A stretch of DNA of 63,774 bases, the filler included, from Licmophora abbreviata (lineage: Eukaryota), in the NCBI GenBank assembly GCA_900291995.1. It is 8 parts of 8 records of this genome, joined end to end, with 100 filler letters (N's around TTAATTAATTAA, not from the genome) between each part and the next. Parts side by side here need not be neighbours in the genome. Positions count along the whole stretch, not along the records: positions 56,701 to 59,334 come from OLMU01005339.1; positions 59,435 to 61,546 come from OLMU01005341.1; positions 61,647 to 63,774 come from OLMU01005344.1; 5 more parts are not named here. One strand, written 5' to 3'. A program made the translations under genes and the position numbers. Below, piece by piece: positions 58,670 to 63,774 of this stretch. The notes beneath the pieces are model-generated. The model did not search any database. It saw only the letters and a list, made by a program, of their open reading frames with translations, and had not been told where the DNA came from. Within the stretch, counting starts at the first letter, position 1. Each line of letters begins with the position of its first letter.

Positions 58670-59434
58670 AAGCTTCTGGAGGAGATGCGAATACTATCCA
58701 AGGGAATGGTCGTTTGCGTGCATGTTCACGCATTCTATCGGCAGAGACAACTATTAGTATTTAGGATTTTTTCGTGTTGCACGTCAACTTCTTTCGAAAA
58801 TCGTTAAGTGGGAGGTAGAGAATCGAGCAGAAGTAGAGCTTATTAACAAGCGCGTTGCAAGGACGTCGTCTGTTGGGTCACTGCTCGATGGGGAGGATTT
58901 TGCATTGGATGTAGTGTCGACACCGGTAGGAAGTGCAAGCAGACTCGGGTGCGATGCTGTTGACGTCGAGGACCCTGTCTTTCGCGAGGGACCAGTGCAC
59001 TCTGGTAAAGAATCTGCCGAAAGTGGGATAAGCCTTGTACCACCTACAGAACTTCAAAACTGATTCGATGCGCTCCTCACAATAACGCGGAAAACTCGGA
59101 CGGCGAGTGTCATAGTGCTGCTTGTCTCGCTCGCCATCGGAACCGGTGCTAGCACTACAACCTCCTTCCTTTTGGCCAAGATCCTAGATCACAATGATGA
59201 ACCGGAAAAACATACCATTGATCTGAAAGTACAATGGCGGTGTGTCAGCTTCCTAGTATGTATTTTACTTCTCTCGGCCTTCTTCCTTCCTCGCACGCAG
59301 CTCTTGTGCCACCACGTTCAGTTCCTGCGAGCTCNNNNNNNNNNNNNNNNNNNNNNNNNNNNNNNNNNNNNNNNNNNNTTAATTAATTAANNNNNNNNNN
59401 NNNNNNNNNNNNNNNNNNNNNNNNNNNNNNNNNN

Positions 59435-60644
59435 GTTCCACTGGTAGCGAGGCCTTCAAGGAACTAATTCGCGATTTGAGAGATTCAACATACCAGGACG
59501 TCGAACTTTTGGAGCAGGGTAGCAGTGACGACGACGCCACTAGGAGATTTGTTGCTCAGCTCTTTGAGGATAGTGTGCCCGTGCCCAAATGTCCATTGGG
59601 TTGTGTGACCATCAGCCTACGAAGAGAAGGAATGTCAAAGTCCTTCTTCTATTCAGGATTTTTGGATCTCATATTCCGTTTCATGGTGTATCTGAGGAAC
59701 GAGCATGGAATAGACGTCACCATCAGACACATTCTATCATGCATATTGTTTGTCGTTCAGGGGAGTGTCAGGGTCTTTGGGTGCCCCTTCTGTCATTTAT
59801 CCCTTTCATGGATGGGGACTTTTGTGGTACCAAGGGGGGCCTTGGGGCTGCACTGTCGGTCTACAACACCAACCTCTACATGCTCCTGAGTTTGCAGGCC
59901 AAGTATGTCTTGGATACCTATGGGTCCTCAGTTGGTAATCGATATATGCAGGCCAACAGGACACTGCTTCAACAGGGAGGATGTCATGCCATGGAGAGGC
60001 TCATGGAGCGTGGGTTGCATATGGTAAAGGCATTATCGACAATGCCATCCAATGGCGATTTTCGTGCTCAGGCGCACATGGTGTACAAGGAGGCAGTGTC
60101 AGGCAAAAACTCCATGGATGGGTTTGGTCATCTGCTAACAACGTCTTTGATTCAGATGCTGGCTTTGGCAGGGATCATCCATCCATGTTTTGGATGGGTG
60201 GCTTTTGTGTCTCGAAACCCATCTTACGGACCGGGGGCTTTCTTTAAGATTGCAAACGGAGATGTGGGACTTTCCGTGCAAGATCAGTTCCAAGAGATTC
60301 TATCAATGTTACGCCACACCAAGCGACACCACGTGAGCGATCGTGCTGTGGAGAATTATGCCTGTCGCAAGGGACGGAAGCGGGTGATTAAGGAATGGCT
60401 TGTTTTTCATGATAGGCGGTTCATGTCGGTCTTTGATGTGAAGCATCGTCCTTCCAAAAGCAAGTTTGAGGCCCGTGTATTTACAAATGGGAAGTTTGAA
60501 AACTTGGACAACTTTGTACGCCCCGTTTATCTTGACAAAGGTGCTTTGTCCCTTGAGACGCCCTTCATATTTACCGATCAGGTTGGAGACGAATGGGTGT
60601 ATGGGATGGATCTTGGGGGGAACCTAAAGAGCGACAGGGCCTAG
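59435..60644 (+). CDS. Unknown intronless protein, 5' truncated, apparently split by a frameshift in a G-run at about 59760-59763
   Basis: Frame open from the contig edge to ILSCILFVVQ; the -1 frame continues GECQGLWVP... to the stop at 60644. Confidence 0.55.
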
Positions 60645-61030
60645 CTAGTAGTATACAGTAACGAGTAGTATGTAGTAGCTACAGGAGGACCTATTGCTAC
60701 TATAGCTAGTATTCCCTAGCTAGTAGTAACTACACACTGGCACTAAGTTGTAGCTAGATTGTTCACTGAAGCAAAGCAAGAGTAACTATATAGTAGAAGT
60801 AAACATGGTAGGAGCGACAATATGAATGGGACAGGCCCCAGAAGTAAAGGGATCGGACCTGCCATTGGCAAGCAATGCCAGGTCCGAATTTGACAATAGT
60901 AGAAGGAGGAGGAACCGTAGGGTAGCAAGCTACCAGTTGGCTTTAGTAGGAGGTAGTAGGTAGGGTAGGCCTGCACCATCCACTAAAGTGGTAGAAGCAT
61001 CGTCAGCGGTGCTGACTGTGACGTTGCCTG

Positions 61031-61546
61031 CTATTTCGCATCCAAAGAATATCCCAACCTTGACAGAGCTTCCTTAGGGTACGGTGCATTGAAATACATG
61101 GCAGCAAGACGTGGGTTTTTTGCAGCCCAGTCAATTCCAACCTCTGTGTAGTTGTTCTGGATCACTTTGACAACATGGGCAGGAATGATGACGTCGCCCA
61201 GTTTACGAAGTTTGGAGAGAGGAGGCGTCCTGTCAAAGTCAGTGGGCACCGAGTATCTAGGGATAAGACGTTGCTTGATCGCTTGATGCCAATCGGACGT
61301 TGTCATATTCCTTGGTGGATGCTGCCTGTCATATGCATTGCACACATCAGTAAGCTTGGTGAGGCATTCCTTTCGCAAAGTTTTGTTGGATCGTTCGATG
61401 CATCGAATAATGGCAACGCGAGGATGCAACATCGTAGTAGCACCAGCACCAGCACTAGTACCAGCACCAGCACCAGCACTAGCACCAGCATCAGCACTTC
61501 CATTTCCACCAGAACGACCACCAGGATGATGATGTGTGTCGATGTT
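61031..61546 (-). CDS. C-terminal fragment of an unknown protein (possibly the tail of the Rep-helicase), with a Gly/Ala repeat
   Basis: Frame open from the contig edge: HHHPGGRSGGNGSADAGASAGAGAGTSAGAGATTMLHPRVAIIRC...GYSLDAK*. Confidence 0.55.
   Translation of the reverse strand, partial: NIDTHHHPGGRSGGNGSADAGASAGAGAGTSAGAGATTMLHPRVAIIRCIERSNKTLRKECLTKLTDVCNAYDRQHPPRNMTTSDWHQAIKQRLIPRYSVPTDFDRTPPLSKLRKLGDVIIPAHVVKVIQNNYTEVGIDWAAKNPRLAAMYFNAPYPKEALSRLGYSLDAK
61438..61497. repeat. Imperfect AGCACC hexamer microsatellite (encodes AG repeats on the minus strand)
   Basis: agcaccagcaccagcactagtaccagcaccagcaccagcactagcaccagcatcagca. Confidence 0.8.
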
Positions 61547-61646
61547 NNNNNNNNNNNNNNNNNNNNNNNNNNNNNNNNNNNNNNNNNNNNTTAATTAATT
61601 AANNNNNNNNNNNNNNNNNNNNNNNNNNNNNNNNNNNNNNNNNNNN

Positions 61647-63774
61647 CGTTTTGCCGGAACCAGGATCGCCAACGATGCATTGGCATTTGGGACTGTAGTC
61701 GAGTGAAACGTCGGTGTATTGTCGCAGTGCATTGATCCCTTGTTGCAAGGCCTTCTTTTGCTCTTCAAAAGACTCTTCGGATTGGTGTTGTCCACGGGGC
61801 ACGTCAGTCGCATCCCAACATGGGTTCGTGGCAGCGTCCAACTCTTCCCGGGCTTGTATTACATCTTCTACCTTTGGTAAGTTGCACACTCCAGCATCCG
61901 CCAATGTCTTCAATACCACTACAACAATGTTCATCTTGGTATGTCGTAACGACTCTTCCACCTTATCAACTGCCTGCCGTTGCAAGCGAGTGTACAGATA
62001 AGGAGGGAGCCCCTCTGCAGCCATTCTGTTGTAGACAAGAGCCTGCGTGAACACATTGTGAGCAGCAACGACAAATCGGTCGAACTGCCTTGTGCCTCCC
62101 GGAAGAGTTTTCAATTGTTCCAAGACGTAGCGTCGCGTGAGGTGGTTCACGCTTTCGTCAGGATTATTTTCGTCGTAAAGCCCAGCTAGAATGTACGCTG
62201 ATCGTATCGTGCCTGTAGACATAAGCTCCCTTTCATTGAGGAAAGATCCCATTGACAGAAGAATATGGATGAGGAATCTGGAAGAATGCACGGGCTTGAT
62301 GTTGGTGAACCAAGGGACAGGCAAATATCTTTTCTTCCACTCTGAAAGGAACCTTTTTTAGTGTCTTGCCATTGGTCATGGACAACGACCGATACACGTC
62401 GAAAGCCGGCACCCTTTTCTCTGTCAAGATTCCGTTTCAATTGGCCAAAGAAGGACAGTACAACGGCCTTGGCATGTGCATCTCCAAACTGTTCAACCTG
62501 ACTTTCGGTGATGTATTCCAATATCAATGCCACGGCACTCACTCGGATCCGAACAACGTGGCAAACGGCATCAATCCATTGACAGAACCGATAGTCTTCG
62601 TCCAAGTTGTCGGCACAATAATCCATTCTCGCCGTGACATAATCTTTTTTTGCCGAGAACGACGGACTGCTTCGTGTGAAACACCGCAGGTAGAGAACCT
62701 GACTCCTAATAAAGTACAGTTCTGGTGGTCGCAAGCCAAATATGGTTGTGCCGTCGAGTGTCATTGGGGACATCACTTGATCTTTTGCAATAATAATGCC
62801 AGAGTCTTTGAATCTTCGCCAATTTGGAAGGTGCCGAAAGTCCCGTTCACGTACGGCATGGCTGAAAATTATGCTTCCTGCATCAAGCTCTGCCACCGTA
62901 GAAATTGGCCCCTGAACGACACCATGCCTTTTCAGTGTGGCACTCGGAGGAGTCCGATCCATGGCCGGACGTTCGTCAAGGGGTGTCGTGGGAATGTGCA
63001 CAAACTCTATATCGGTACGGATCTGAGGCATGTTCAATATCAACATCAATGCCTCAGGTTGGCTGATGATTCTCCCTTGGTGATCCTTCTTATGTGCTCC
63101 TTCGCTTCGCCTTCTCTCCTCTGCCGCTACACTTGCGATCTTGGTATTGCCGATGGACTCAACGACAGCATGGAACGTGTCTGGCCCACCACCGTAATTG
63201 CCTGGAGCATGCAGATACAGCCGATTGCATTCATCCACATTGGCTACGTAATTGGCAAGATATCGCGCCACGCCAGGCCCATCCAGGTACTGTACATTGT
63301 TCGAATTTGGATTCTGAATGATGAGCGGCACAAGCACTGGAGAGATGATGCCATCATCGGCCGAGGTGGGTGGTATATATCGTGTAGCAGCCAGTGCGGT
63401 TCCAACAAAGTCCGGTCGTACAATATAACCTTCAATTCTGCGCTCTATCTCTGAGGCATTGTCAGGATAAAGTATGAAACCAATTTTTTGCAAAACATGC
63501 AGCGCCTCCTCACTGTGTCGAATCTCAATATCAATAAAAGTGTGCCTTGTGGGAATTCGGCTAAGCATGCGGTAGTCAGGCACCTTGCACCTGACCATTC
63601 GGCTGAGAGCTTCGGTCAATTCCTTGTCGCCCCTGGCTCCAACAATATCAACCGTCCTTCGAGATAACCCATCTTGACGGTGCCCTCGTATGGGAATACC
63701 ACACCTTCTGTTGTGTTTGTGCGGCAAGATAGAACGCAGGTCCTCAAGAATGGATACAATTTCCTGGTAGGAAG
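61647..63774 (-). mobile_element. Helitron-like rolling-circle element: partial Rep (HUH/Y2 endonuclease)-helicase ORF, frameshifted at 62354-62359
   Basis: LPHKHNRRC, catalytic-type YxxxY (ARYLANYVANVD), GRIISQPEALMLILNMP..RTDIEFVHIPT, then EEQKKAL...CIVGDPGSGKT (Pif1-type Walker A) at the contig end. Frame open to the window edge. Confidence 0.8.

Noticed and set aside
59115..59334. Short ORF running into the gap
   Set aside because: No ATG start or recognisable domain; cannot be supported.
60645..61030. Helitron 3' terminus (hairpin + CTAG) in the CTAG-rich spacer
   Set aside because: Several CTAGs but no convincing GC-rich hairpin; needs a multi-copy alignment.
4593..61646. Recurring TTAATTAATTAA flanked by Ns as a biological repeat or CRISPR-like array
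   Set aside because: Identical 100-bp six-frame-stop spacer added during assembly.
62350..62362. AAAAAAG as a programmed -1 frameshift site in the Rep-helicase
   Set aside because: Zero-frame codons are ACT AAA AAA GGT, so the heptamer is not in X_XXY_YYZ phase. A homopolymer error or decay is simpler.
996..63454. Long antisense or alternate-frame ORFs in the track (e.g. 996-1754, 23170-24192, 38661-39353, 62366-63454)
   Set aside because: Shadows of real genes on the opposite strand or another frame, with no independent motifs.

Overview
Eukaryotic nuclear DNA, very likely from a diatom: genes are densely packed, introns are short GT-AG, and several proteins carry bipartite signal+'AF' plastid presequences. 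The window is eight contigs joined by seven artificial 100-bp spacers (44 N + TTAATTAATTAA + 44 N). At least some joins are ordered scaffold joins, because COG1 overlaps by 53 bp across one and an M16 peptidase spans another. From 1 to 56.6 kb it is mostly housekeeping: EPSPS, CRTISO-like, RNase II, S1+RRM, ICL/PEP-mutase family, HVA22, a two-pore K+ channel, ERD2, rhomboid, insulinase, COG1, a Gfo/Idh/MocA oxidoreductase, RecN, NDK, LRR, UAP1, LYR, NAA15, AK6, HemA and APC7. Interspersed are intronless genes of bacterial appearance: an 801-aa orphan, a 1351-aa Ig-like/Calx-beta/L-lectin/PQQ sugar dehydrogenase mosaic, and a Beta_propel protein. From 56.7 to 63.8 kb it is accessory: a frameshifted ankyrin gene with a Roco-like C-terminal domain, unknown ORFs, and a Helitron-like Rep-helicase. 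Best leads are the rolling-circle element with possible cargo, the surface sugar-dehydrogenase mosaic and its neighbours, the 801-aa orphan followed by a relic spliced gene, an EF-hand inside COG1, and a 14-bp motif about 170 bp upstream of three genes. All family calls come from motif recognition by eye; no database searches were run.
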